From the IMG/VR virus record IMGVR_UViG_3300012988_000016, positions 1-64,000 of that record: a stretch of 64,000 nucleotides of DNA; one strand, given 5' to 3'. Position 1 is the first letter of the stretch, and every line of letters starts with the position of its first letter. Below, piece by piece: positions 9,430 to 17,883 of this stretch. The notes below the pieces were generated by a model that saw nothing but the letters and a program-made list of their open reading frames with translations, searched no databases and was not told where the DNA came from. A program made the position numbers and the translations under genes.

Positions 9430-10032
9430 ATGTCGCAAGCCAAAAATATCGTCCGCCGGTTTACAGCTCAGAACGACATTCGGTCAAAGCTTGATAAAGC
9501 TAAGACCAGTCTGAACACCATTGCTGCTAAATACATGCGGGACGGCACTCACGACACTAAGGCTATTTTGGAAGCTTTTGATGATGTGGTGGACCAGATC
9601 AAGGACGCATCTCGTCAAATTGACGATACTGCCGCCAAGAAGCACCTTGATCATGTTCTTTCAGCAATCGAACAGGGAATGGATGCTGCTAGGGCCCAAG
9701 ACCAACGTGGGATTGAGGCTGCCGTTCGAAACGCCGTTCATTTCCTCCAAGGTACTGCCGACTACTTGACCGAAAATCCCGAACTGCAAGAGAAGAAGGA
9801 ACAGTTGGCCGATCTGTTGAATCGAAACATTCTTCCAAAGGTAGATAAGGGTGCCGATCGCAGTTTCACTGAGGCTGTCAACCTCTGTCAAGACCTCGCT
9901 GTAGACGAGAGCCCTAGGCTACGTCCTTGGTTCAACGAGCTGGGTCAGGTTATCCAGAGAATGGTTGACGCTAGGCAGGACCTTCGGGCCGCCACCGCAC
10001 AAATGGACAAGATGTTGTTGTCCAAGGCTTAA
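9430..10032 (+). CDS. Hypothetical alpha-helical protein
   Basis: Clean ORF with upstream CCTTTTAT; begins MSQAKNIVRRFTAQ. Confidence 0.75.
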   Translation: MSQAKNIVRRFTAQNDIRSKLDKAKTSLNTIAAKYMRDGTHDTKAILEAFDDVVDQIKDASRQIDDTAAKKHLDHVLSAIEQGMDAARAQDQRGIEAAVRNAVHFLQGTADYLTENPELQEKKEQLADLLNRNILPKVDKGADRSFTEAVNLCQDLAVDESPRLRPWFNELGQVIQRMVDARQDLRAATAQMDKMLLSKA

Positions 10033-10085
10033 ATAGCCGCCGTAATTGGCCTATATGGCCATCCGATGACGGTGTACAGCACCGT

Positions 10086-10421
10086 ATGCCTGACGATCTC
10101 GTCGCCAAATCAGCTGAAGAACTGTTACAAATAAAGCTAACACTGGAATCCGACATCGATTCCATCCGAGCTCAAATTGACGCCGCTCAGGCGAAGGCGA
10201 GAGAGACGGGTGAGTTCGCCGATTCGGACTGGTGGGGTAGGGCCAAGTGGGCACTGAAGAGCAAGGGTCGCCAATGTCAGCAGATCCAGCTGCTGTTGCG
10301 ACAGAAGAACAAGGCCGCTCAAGGGAGTCTGGAGAACTGCTTCATGACCACAGCTCGTGAGCTGTTGCCAGCCGAGCAGTTCCAGGCCATCCTGGATACC
10401 GCTAGGTTGAAGGTAGGGTGA
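10086..10421 (+). CDS. Hypothetical protein
   Basis: Helical; DSDWWGRAKWAL motif; tightly linked to ung. Confidence 0.7.
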   Translation: MPDDLVAKSAEELLQIKLTLESDIDSIRAQIDAAQAKARETGEFADSDWWGRAKWALKSKGRQCQQIQLLLRQKNKAAQGSLENCFMTTARELLPAEQFQAILDTARLKVG

Positions 10422-10424
10422 GGA

Positions 10425-11075
10425 TTGGATTCTTCTTGGAAGCAACGCCTGTCGGGTGAATTCACCAAGCCATACTTCAAGGAGTTGGTTGAGTTCGTTG
10501 CCATTGAGCGGAAGCGTGGTCCTGTTTTTCCTCCCCCACAAGATACGTTCAATTGTTTCAAGCTGCCCTTCGATGATGTCAAAGTGGTGATCTTGGGGCA
10601 AGATCCGTACCATGGGGCAGGTCAGGCCCATGGGCTTAGTTTCTCGGTTCAACCAGGCACCCAACTACCTCCTAGCTTGCGCAATATTTTCAAGGAGCTG
10701 GTGGAAGACCTAGAGATCCAGAAACCAAAGACCGGTTGGTTGGAGCCATGGTGTCGCCAAGGAGTTCTGTTGCTTAACACCACTTTGACGGTCCGAGCTC
10801 ATCAGGCGGGTTCACATCAGGGGCAGGGCTGGGAACAGTTCACTGATGAGGTGATTCGAACCCTCAGCTCCAGAGAGAAACCGGTCATCTTCGTCCTTTG
10901 GGGCCGTCATGCGAGGGCCAAGAAGGACCTGATTGACTCCAGGCATACCATCATCGAGTCGGCCCACCCTTCCCCTATGTCGGCCTCTAGCGGGTTCTTT
11001 GGATCCAAGCCTTTTTCGAAAGTGAATGCGGCCCTTCAGCAGATCGGGGAGGCTCCTATCGACTGGGCTATTTGA
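10425..11075 (+). CDS. ung: Uracil-DNA glycosylase, family 1
   Basis: GQDPYH, HGLSFS, PPSLRNI, GVLLLN, FVLWG and HPSP motifs all present. Confidence 0.97.
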   Translation: MDSSWKQRLSGEFTKPYFKELVEFVAIERKRGPVFPPPQDTFNCFKLPFDDVKVVILGQDPYHGAGQAHGLSFSVQPGTQLPPSLRNIFKELVEDLEIQKPKTGWLEPWCRQGVLLLNTTLTVRAHQAGSHQGQGWEQFTDEVIRTLSSREKPVIFVLWGRHARAKKDLIDSRHTIIESAHPSPMSASSGFFGSKPFSKVNAALQQIGEAPIDWAI

Positions 11076-11135
11076 CCGACTGGCCTATCTTTTTCAACCT
11101 CCTTAATCCTTTATGATTTGAGCCGTTATAGGAAC

Positions 11136-11783
11136 ATGGCTGAAATCAACGCGACAGAAAAGTCTCCGAAAGAAGCCTCTGCCAAAGGCGTGGCAGCTAG
11201 GTTTAAGGCGGCAGCCAACTTCACGATGCCTAGGTCGATCTACCTACCTGCAGAGGTGAGGGATCAAGCTCCGCTCACCCCAGAGGGCACGGATTTGGCG
11301 ATCTGGCAGTGGGAAGGTCAAGGCAAGTTCTACGCGATTGCGTTTGCGGCCAAGCAGAACAAGCCTCTTTGGAACTACTCTTTCAAGAGCGACGCCAATC
11401 GTCAACGTCAGATCGATGAAACGGTCAAATCTCGTAAGCTGAGCTTGGAATTCAAGCAGAAGCGTGTGGATGACCGTAAGAACCACGTTCACGGCTTTGT
11501 GGTGGGCGACATCCTGTATAGCACGTGGGGTTACGACCAAACGAACGTGAACTTCTTTCAGGTGGTCGAAGTCAAGGGTAAAGTGATCGTCACGAGGCCG
11601 ATTGGTTCAAAGGTCGTTCGTGAGTCCCAGGGAGCTAGCTATGTTGTTGCTGTGCCAAACAGCTTCCATGGTCCCGCGGAACGTTCGATTCCTGGCCCCA
11701 ATGGGACTAAGATCGACGGTCATCATGCCAGCAAATGGGATGGCAAAGAGAAGTATGAGACGTCTTCTGGTTGGGGGCACTGA
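11136..11783 (+). CDS. Hypothetical protein with a GDILYSTWGYDQTN motif
   Basis: Probable start ATG 11136 after a TAGGA RBS; N-terminal KEASAKGVAARFKAAA leader. Confidence 0.7.
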   Translation: MAEINATEKSPKEASAKGVAARFKAAANFTMPRSIYLPAEVRDQAPLTPEGTDLAIWQWEGQGKFYAIAFAAKQNKPLWNYSFKSDANRQRQIDETVKSRKLSLEFKQKRVDDRKNHVHGFVVGDILYSTWGYDQTNVNFFQVVEVKGKVIVTRPIGSKVVRESQGASYVVAVPNSFHGPAERSIPGPNGTKIDGHHASKWDGKEKYETSSGWGH

Positions 11784-11789
11784 GGCCTT

Positions 11790-11963
11790 GTGATCTCGCC
11801 CCGTTCCGTTGTAGCCCGCTTCAAAGAGGCCGTGATCCGCAAAGAAAAGGGTCAATACTGCGTGCGCTCGCCTGACAACGGTTCTTGGAGCGGCGGTTGC
11901 TACGATTCGAAGGGTGAAGCCGAGAAGCGCTTGGAACAAGTCGAATGGTTCAAGCATAAGTGA
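11790..11963 (+). CDS. Small protein (57 aa) missed by the ORF track
   Basis: GTG start after GAGG; MISPRSVVARFKEAVIRKEKGQYCVRSPDNGSWSGGCYDSKGEAEKRLEQVEWFKHK; fills the gap between neighbouring genes. Confidence 0.75.
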   Translation: MISPRSVVARFKEAVIRKEKGQYCVRSPDNGSWSGGCYDSKGEAEKRLEQVEWFKHK

Positions 11964-12002
11964 TGATTTGATTTCCTGCCCGCAATCTACTAGCATTGGT
12001 AG

Positions 12003-12221
12003 ATGCGTCAGCCTCAAATAAGCGATTCGGTACACTATCAGGCCTATGGGACTCCAGGGGGAGAATACCTGTCGGTCCCCCGAGCGGCCATCGTCACAGA
12101 AGTCTTGCCAGATGGGAAGGTGCGACTCTGTATCCTAAACCCAACCGGCATCTTCTTTAGCCCACCCTTGGACTACGATGAGGACGGTAAACCAGGTAGC
12201 TGGCGTTACCCTCCCGCCTGA
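12003..12221 (+). CDS. Small SH3-like hypothetical protein
   Basis: VHY...RAAIVTEV...VRLCILNPTG...GSWRYPP pattern. Confidence 0.7.
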   Translation: MRQPQISDSVHYQAYGTPGGEYLSVPRAAIVTEVLPDGKVRLCILNPTGIFFSPPLDYDEDGKPGSWRYPPA

Positions 12222-12288
12222 TTATCCATTTATCTACACTCTCCTTTAGAGGCCTGCTTCGTCTTTGGCTTCTGGGAGATGTATCTAA

Positions 12289-13449
12289 ATGAGTCAACCA
12301 ATCAAATTCACACCTGGCACTCCGATTCGCTTCATTGCAACCCGTACTTTCTCTGTGGGGTTGCCTAACAATCAGAGTTTCAACATCTCCAAAGGTATGG
12401 AGTTGGACTTCGATGGTACGAGCGTAACGCTGGACGGGTACCCTCCAGTGCCAGTCCCTAAGTTGCGCGGTACCATATCTATGGGTTGGATTGTCCCAGA
12501 AGCTGAATACGATCCGAACATCACGTTACAACCCATCTCGGCTGGGATCTCGATGCGGAATCCTGATGGTGGCAATCCGATGGATCCTCAAAAGCCCAGA
12601 ATAGCGGTCACGACTGTAGACGCTGAGGAACGAGAGGTTCGCAACGTCCAGGCTCACGCTCAAAAGACTCGACAACTCAATACCGCACCTCGTGGGCAAC
12701 GTCACGCCAGTGCGGCTGACTCACAAGAAGGGATTCCGGTTCGGACACTTTCTTCAGCTACTGTCCACAGAACCAATCTTGATGATGCTGGGGCGGCCAT
12801 TCGAGAGGCTGAGAAGATCAAGGTCCAGCCAGGCGTGGGCCGTACCCGTGAAGATCTGGCCAATAGTTTGCCAGAGGGTGAGCGAGAAGCTTATTTGGCT
12901 GAAGTTGAGGCATTTCGATCAGCTAGGGAGGTTGAAGAGGACCCTAGGGCATTGCGGGAGCGTGCCGCCAATCAGGCGATCCTGGAACGTCGAGTGGTCG
13001 GACGGGCTCCGGCTTTGAAAAATCAGGACAAGGACGGCTTCAACATCACCAATACGGTGGGGAATGGGATTGAGACTTTCGACCTGGGAGGTACCGGTGG
13101 AGCTGGTGCCGATCATGTCGAAGTGGTTGAGATTGATGGTATCAAGATCACCAATACCAATGGTCCACGCAAAAAGGTAGCTGCCAAACAGACGGCCCCA
13201 GCCCCCACCAGGGTAGTGGCGACCGTAAATCCTCCAGCTACAGACTCTAGGCGTCGCATCGCTAAGTCGATTTGCCCAGACTTTCCGGATAATTACAACT
13301 TTGACGACGCTCCTCGTAAGAAAGTTGCCCGTCTACAGGCCGATTATGAGGATCGTCCGGACGTGATTCGGGCAGTAGCAGCGGCCGAGACAGATCTAGA
13401 GGTCCGTAATCGGTTGGTTGAGGAGTTCCCAGAGGCGTTCGTCGGATAA
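12289..13449 (+). CDS. Hypothetical protein
   Basis: 386-aa ORF with a GGAGA RBS; no recognisable family. Confidence 0.75.
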   Translation: MSQPIKFTPGTPIRFIATRTFSVGLPNNQSFNISKGMELDFDGTSVTLDGYPPVPVPKLRGTISMGWIVPEAEYDPNITLQPISAGISMRNPDGGNPMDPQKPRIAVTTVDAEEREVRNVQAHAQKTRQLNTAPRGQRHASAADSQEGIPVRTLSSATVHRTNLDDAGAAIREAEKIKVQPGVGRTREDLANSLPEGEREAYLAEVEAFRSAREVEEDPRALRERAANQAILERRVVGRAPALKNQDKDGFNITNTVGNGIETFDLGGTGGAGADHVEVVEIDGIKITNTNGPRKKVAAKQTAPAPTRVVATVNPPATDSRRRIAKSICPDFPDNYNFDDAPRKKVARLQADYEDRPDVIRAVAAAETDLEVRNRLVEEFPEAFVG

Positions 13450-13472
13450 CCCGAATTTCCCTAGTCTTCTTG

Positions 13473-13508
13473 TGCACGCCCTTTAGGCGAATCCTAAAAG
13501 GGCGTGTA
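13473..13508 (+). promoter_or_regulatory. Hairpin sequestering the RBS and start codon
   Basis: TGCACGCCCTTTAGG-CGAAT-CCTAAAAGGGCGTGTA: 15 bp with one bulge, ending on the A of ATG 13508. Confidence 0.6.
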
Positions 13509-15004
13509 TGACTGATCCTACTGACAGGTGCCTCAATCGAGGTCATTCAAAAACAGCGTCCCCTATTCTCTATCTTCAAGAGGAGCTTGGGGACGCTCGT
13601 TTGCGTTGCGATCAGTTGGTTCGATACGTGGATGAGGCTGTGAAACTGGTCGAACGGTCCGATCAAAAGGATCATCTGTTCGAGGTGGCGGGCCATCTGA
13701 TCAGGGGGATCCCTGAGTCGGCATTCAAACTACAGAAGGCTTTGCAGGCTGTAGCATTGGCGGCGGATCGTATCGATTACGAAGAACTCAAGCAAGAGTT
13801 ACGCCCTGAAAAGGTAGAAGAGTTAGAACGGGTCCTACAAGAGGTTAGGATTCGGACCGTCCCACATCGTTCGTTTCCAACCCAGGATATTGCTATGCAC
13901 CCCAAACAAGCCGCTCAACAGCTCCGAGAATTCGTCCGTATTGCCCGTGAAGAAGGTCAAATACCTGTACACGAGGTTGCCGCTTTCTTGACCAAACTTG
14001 ACCCGCCAGGCGTCACCGCCTCTCAAGAGATAACGGCAGCTGATAAGTTGGAGAAGCTGGCTGAGATGTTGGAAGATCCCAACCAAGAGCCGTTGAGCAG
14101 GGTTCGTTTGGCGGCGGTGGTTCGTCGGGTAGCGATGGAAGCTACGGTTGATGATGCGGTACGCTTGGCGGCCCAACAGCCGGATGAGGAAGGGCAGTCC
14201 AAGACAGCTCTTCAACTCTCCCCATCTATTCCTGCCTTGTTTGAAGGTATCAAGGACAAGGCCATGAGGGCCATGAGGGCTGCTAATTCGGAGCATTGGC
14301 GCCCCGCTTTCATGCAACTCTTCTTCATCGTTGACGACATTGGGACACTCTTGGTTCAGATGGGTGGCTTGGACACCACCAAATCGGAAGCTCTCAAACG
14401 AGAGATTCGTCAGGCGCTCCCCACCATTAGTCATGGAAAAGGGGACCCCGCTGAAATGGCTCACATGGCCTCAGAAGGGCTTGCTTGGGACGTGGAAGCC
14501 ACCGAGGAGAAGCGGACCAAGTTTGAGGAAGGCAAGCCAGCTGACCCTACTGAAAACATGGACAAGGACGATGCTGCCAAGTGGAAAGACAACACTGACC
14601 AGTATGGTGACAAGTTCAAGGCAGCCCGTTTCCAAGAAGGGGAGTCGGCCGACCCTACTCAGAACATGAGTCCGGAGGATGCCAAAGAGTGGGAAGAACA
14701 GAACGAACAGAACAAGGACAACTTCAAGCAAGCGGGTGGAGTTGAAGACTCGTTCGTTCGGCGTCTCAAGAAGCACGAAAAAGAGATCGGTATGGGGAGC
14801 TTGTCGGCTTTGATGCAGAAGAGTGGTTGGCAAGAATCTGTAAGAGAGATGGCCAGCAAGTTGTTTCAGATCGAAGGTAAACTGCCCAAAGAACAGGCGG
14901 ATCGGAAGGCCAAAGATTGGGTCAAGCCGTCTATGTTTCAAGCCATCAAGGACGGGCTGACTGCAAAGACGGCCTCTGTCGATGATCTGATCTGGAAGGC
15001 CTGA
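13508..15004 (+). CDS. Modular head-associated hypothetical protein
   Basis: Helical segments separated by KTA/RLAA/KAA/KQA; contains a 36-aa tandem repeat. Confidence 0.75.
   Translation: MTDPTDRCLNRGHSKTASPILYLQEELGDARLRCDQLVRYVDEAVKLVERSDQKDHLFEVAGHLIRGIPESAFKLQKALQAVALAADRIDYEELKQELRPEKVEELERVLQEVRIRTVPHRSFPTQDIAMHPKQAAQQLREFVRIAREEGQIPVHEVAAFLTKLDPPGVTASQEITAADKLEKLAEMLEDPNQEPLSRVRLAAVVRRVAMEATVDDAVRLAAQQPDEEGQSKTALQLSPSIPALFEGIKDKAMRAMRAANSEHWRPAFMQLFFIVDDIGTLLVQMGGLDTTKSEALKREIRQALPTISHGKGDPAEMAHMASEGLAWDVEATEEKRTKFEEGKPADPTENMDKDDAAKWKDNTDQYGDKFKAARFQEGESADPTQNMSPEDAKEWEEQNEQNKDNFKQAGGVEDSFVRRLKKHEKEIGMGSLSALMQKSGWQESVREMASKLFQIEGKLPKEQADRKAKDWVKPSMFQAIKDGLTAKTASVDDLIWKA
14519..14734 (+). 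repeat. Two copies of a 36-aa tandem repeat
   Basis: KFEEGKPADPTENMDKDDAAKWKDNTDQYGDKFKAA / RFQEGESADPTQNMSPEDAKEWEEQNEQNKDNFKQA. Confidence 0.9.
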
Positions 15005-15007
15005 TTG

Positions 15008-15304
15008 ATGTCTAACAAATACTCCTACGACCTCACTGCGGCGGCCCCTTCTTTCGACAAGCTCTCAAAGGCCATGAAGGAAAGCGTCGATAGCTTGATT
15101 GAGACACGAGTCAAGATCCGGAAAGTTCATCAGATGCTGTCTGATGTGGGCAACGATGCTTCTGGTGTGTCGTACACCGATAATTACGATGACCCAGATG
15201 TACGTCGCGTACAGAAGATACTGTATGAGATGGATCACGAGATAGGCACAGCCTTCAATGCTGTTGAGAGTTTGGAACGAAATCTGAAAAAGAAGGCCAA
15301 ATAA
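15008..15304 (+). CDS. Hypothetical coiled-coil protein
   Basis: Packed between neighbouring genes; heptad-like composition. Confidence 0.7.
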   Translation: MSNKYSYDLTAAAPSFDKLSKAMKESVDSLIETRVKIRKVHQMLSDVGNDASGVSYTDNYDDPDVRRVQKILYEMDHEIGTAFNAVESLERNLKKKAK

Positions 15305-15306
15305 CG

Positions 15307-16164
15307 TTGGCCCAACCCCTTGTGTCTCGTCCGCCTTACGGCGAAACTCTTGCAGTAGCTGAGCTGCCAGGAGGCGAACCTGCGCAAAAGGGGATCTCCC
15401 TTGACCCTGGGATCCCTGGCTCGTCAACATTTTCAAAACCTGTAGATGACATTCGTAAGCCTGAGAATAAAGACGAGTCCATCTATCGGGTAGAAAGTCC
15501 TGACGATCTGACCAAAGACCAAACTAATCCCGATCAGATCGATCATTCTCAAGCAAAACCTAGTTATAATGGGTTAGGAAAACCGGAGCCTAGAGATACT
15601 AGTCCTTACCCTTACCGAGATGGTATCCCAAACACCCACAACGCTAGTTTTATCGCTGAGCTGTGGAAATTGGGGTCAGCCCACTCCAAAACACTGAAAC
15701 CTGCCAATGGGGTCAAGCTTGCGGCTGTGCCAGAGCAAATCCTTGAGGGCTTGGACTCACAGTTCAAGCAGCGAGCCACCAGCTGCTCCACCACCCTCAA
15801 AAGGGCTGATCTGGGCAATCTCAGATGGATCTTCGCAGTTGACTGTGGGAACGGCCCTAAGGCGGTCAAAATCAAGGCGTCTCGACCTGGCAATGTGATT
15901 GCCTTCGGGAAACTGGATCTTGAGATGTCGTGTTCGTGTCCAGCTTGGCAATGGTTGGGACCAGAGTTCCACGCCAAGCAGGAAGGGTATCAGCTAGGTC
16001 CCTTGGTGGGCACTGCCTCTACCCCGGACATCAAAGATCCTGAACGGGACAACCGAGTCTGCAAACACGTGGCATCGGTCCTCAGCTTCACCAAGAGCTG
16101 GGAAATCCCCAAAGCTAAAGCTCAGAGGGCGGTCAAGAAAGCCCTCAAAACCCAGAAAGAATGA
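15307..16164 (+). CDS. SWIM zinc-finger protein with a long disordered N-terminus
   Basis: MSCSCPAW...RVCKHV (CxC...CxH). Confidence 0.7.
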   Translation: MAQPLVSRPPYGETLAVAELPGGEPAQKGISLDPGIPGSSTFSKPVDDIRKPENKDESIYRVESPDDLTKDQTNPDQIDHSQAKPSYNGLGKPEPRDTSPYPYRDGIPNTHNASFIAELWKLGSAHSKTLKPANGVKLAAVPEQILEGLDSQFKQRATSCSTTLKRADLGNLRWIFAVDCGNGPKAVKIKASRPGNVIAFGKLDLEMSCSCPAWQWLGPEFHAKQEGYQLGPLVGTASTPDIKDPERDNRVCKHVASVLSFTKSWEIPKAKAQRAVKKALKTQKE

Positions 16165-16577
16165 AAATGCCTACCTACACTCTCAAGAATACGGTTGATG
16201 GTACCCTCGTAACTAGACGCCTCACTTTCTCCACATACGAAGAAGTCAAGGCGGGAACTCAAGTGTTGCTCGATGCTGACGGAGCCCCCCTCGAACTAGT
16301 GTTCAATCCTGGGGACATAGGATTTGTCATGAAGGATGGGGCAAGTGGTGGTTGGGCTTCTAAGGTAGGGAAAGAGAAGAAATATCGGGCTGGACGGAAT
16401 GTCGACATGGCCAAACGAGAGAAGGACCATGTATTCAAGTCTAGGTTGATTCCCAATTACCAGGGTCAGGAGGCTCATTCTTGGTCGGATGTACAGGATC
16501 ACGTCCGGACCACCAAAGGGGAGGATTCAGCTAGCACTTATCAGCCGCTTGTTTCTAAGGAACGGAGCACATCCTAA
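16161..16577 (+). CDS. FmdB-like protein lacking the zinc-ribbon cysteines
   Basis: MPTYTLKN...GFVMKDGASGGWASK follows the FmdB MPxYxY...F..KG.GW layout but has no Cys; the start may be ATG 16167. Confidence 0.55.
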   Translation: MKMPTYTLKNTVDGTLVTRRLTFSTYEEVKAGTQVLLDADGAPLELVFNPGDIGFVMKDGASGGWASKVGKEKKYRAGRNVDMAKREKDHVFKSRLIPNYQGQEAHSWSDVQDHVRTTKGEDSASTYQPLVSKERSTS

Positions 16578-17224
16578 TGGCTAGAAGTTTCAGTATCATT
16601 CGGCGTCGTAAGGGCATTGTGGACTTGCTTACTCCGAAACAACCCAATGTAAAGGGTTACCGCCTTCAAGGAGCTGCAAATTTCGATGGTTCCTTCACCA
16701 CTTTGATGACAGCCGACATCAGTTCTGGCTTTCTTGATCCAACCATCAACCCTGCTGTATTGCATAGCGTCAACAACAGGGACCATATCCGAATTGTCTT
16801 CAATCCGGACACCTACAATGGGGCAGGTGTGTTTGACTCCAAGAATTTCTGGCTGAAATTCGTGCCCCTGGACTTTTCAGGCACTCCTGGGACGCCCAGT
16901 CCAGCAACCCTTGTGTTGACCGATTCAGAGCATTACGGCACCAGCCGAATCCTGATTTCTGGGACGGCTCCTCAGGGGGCGGCTTTGGCCAACGCCCAAC
17001 AATTGGACCTGCCGTTCACAACTCAAGACCTGTATATCAAGAATGAGGAGGCCACTGGCGGTCGCAATCTATACATTGCAGTTCTGGCTAGCGGTGGTGA
17101 ACAGCAGGTAGCTCCTCAAGAGACACTCACCATCTTCCACGGCCCTACCGACACCCTATTGGTTCGAGGTGTCGGAGGTACGGTAGCATTTTCGGCCTCT
17201 TTCACCAACTATCTACCACTCTAA
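16577..17224 (+). CDS. Putative virion structural protein
   Basis: Beta-rich Gly/Thr composition; coupled to the upstream gene. Confidence 0.6.
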   Translation: MARSFSIIRRRKGIVDLLTPKQPNVKGYRLQGAANFDGSFTTLMTADISSGFLDPTINPAVLHSVNNRDHIRIVFNPDTYNGAGVFDSKNFWLKFVPLDFSGTPGTPSPATLVLTDSEHYGTSRILISGTAPQGAALANAQQLDLPFTTQDLYIKNEEATGGRNLYIAVLASGGEQQVAPQETLTIFHGPTDTLLVRGVGGTVAFSASFTNYLPL

Positions 17225-17228
17225 GGTT

Positions 17229-17236
17229 CCTTTTAT
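17229..17236 (+). promoter_or_regulatory. Representative copy of the putative late promoter CCTTT(T)AT
   Basis: The same motif, or a close variant, recurs in about 10 intergenic gaps, mostly just after a stop codon and about 10-40 nt before the next start. Confidence 0.55.
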
Positions 17237-17266
17237 CGCTTTTGATCCACAAGCGAGGAGTATTGC

Positions 17267-17869
17267 ATGCTGAGGCTTACACACAACCAGACAGTTTCGG
17301 GCGCCATTCGTGTTGACGACATTGACGACGGTCTTCCCAATAAGAGCGTTCATCGTCTAGGCAGCCGAGGGGACCCGAAGGCATACAGGCGGGATGGTTA
17401 CGCCAATTCGCCCAAGCAGCCTTGTTACATCCCTCGCACCAAGATTGGGGATGCCACCATTGCTGGCTACATTGACGTGTTGGAGACCGAGAAGGTAATC
17501 CTTTCGGCCGCTTCCGGTAAGATCTCGAAATTGGTTCGAGCGGGTCTTATCACCCAAGCTACTGTCACACCAGCTAGCTTGGCCGCTCCCGTCATCACAA
17601 CCGCCACCCTCAACTCACCCTCGGCTGGTGACGTGACGGTAGTAGGTACTGGTTTGGCCTCGGTTGCTCCAGAAGTGACAACGGTCCGATTTGCTGGAAC
17701 TGGCGTTGGCAGCAAGACTTTGACATTGGCTCAAATTACTGGCGCTGGTGGTGGTTCAGCCTCCGACACCGGTATGGTGATCAAGGCGTCTTTGATTGCA
17801 GGTCTGACGACCGGCAATACGATGATCATTCGAGCTGACGCCAAAGATAGCAACACCAAAACCTTCTGA
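17267..17869 (+). CDS. Putative structural protein with a C-terminal IPT/TIG-like Ig domain
   Basis: APVITTATLNSPSAGDVTVVGTGL; paralogous to the C-terminus of 18279..19379. Confidence 0.65.
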   Translation: MLRLTHNQTVSGAIRVDDIDDGLPNKSVHRLGSRGDPKAYRRDGYANSPKQPCYIPRTKIGDATIAGYIDVLETEKVILSAASGKISKLVRAGLITQATVTPASLAAPVITTATLNSPSAGDVTVVGTGLASVAPEVTTVRFAGTGVGSKTLTLAQITGAGGGSASDTGMVIKASLIAGLTTGNTMIIRADAKDSNTKTF

Positions 17870-17883
17870 AGCAAGCCTGTGAA

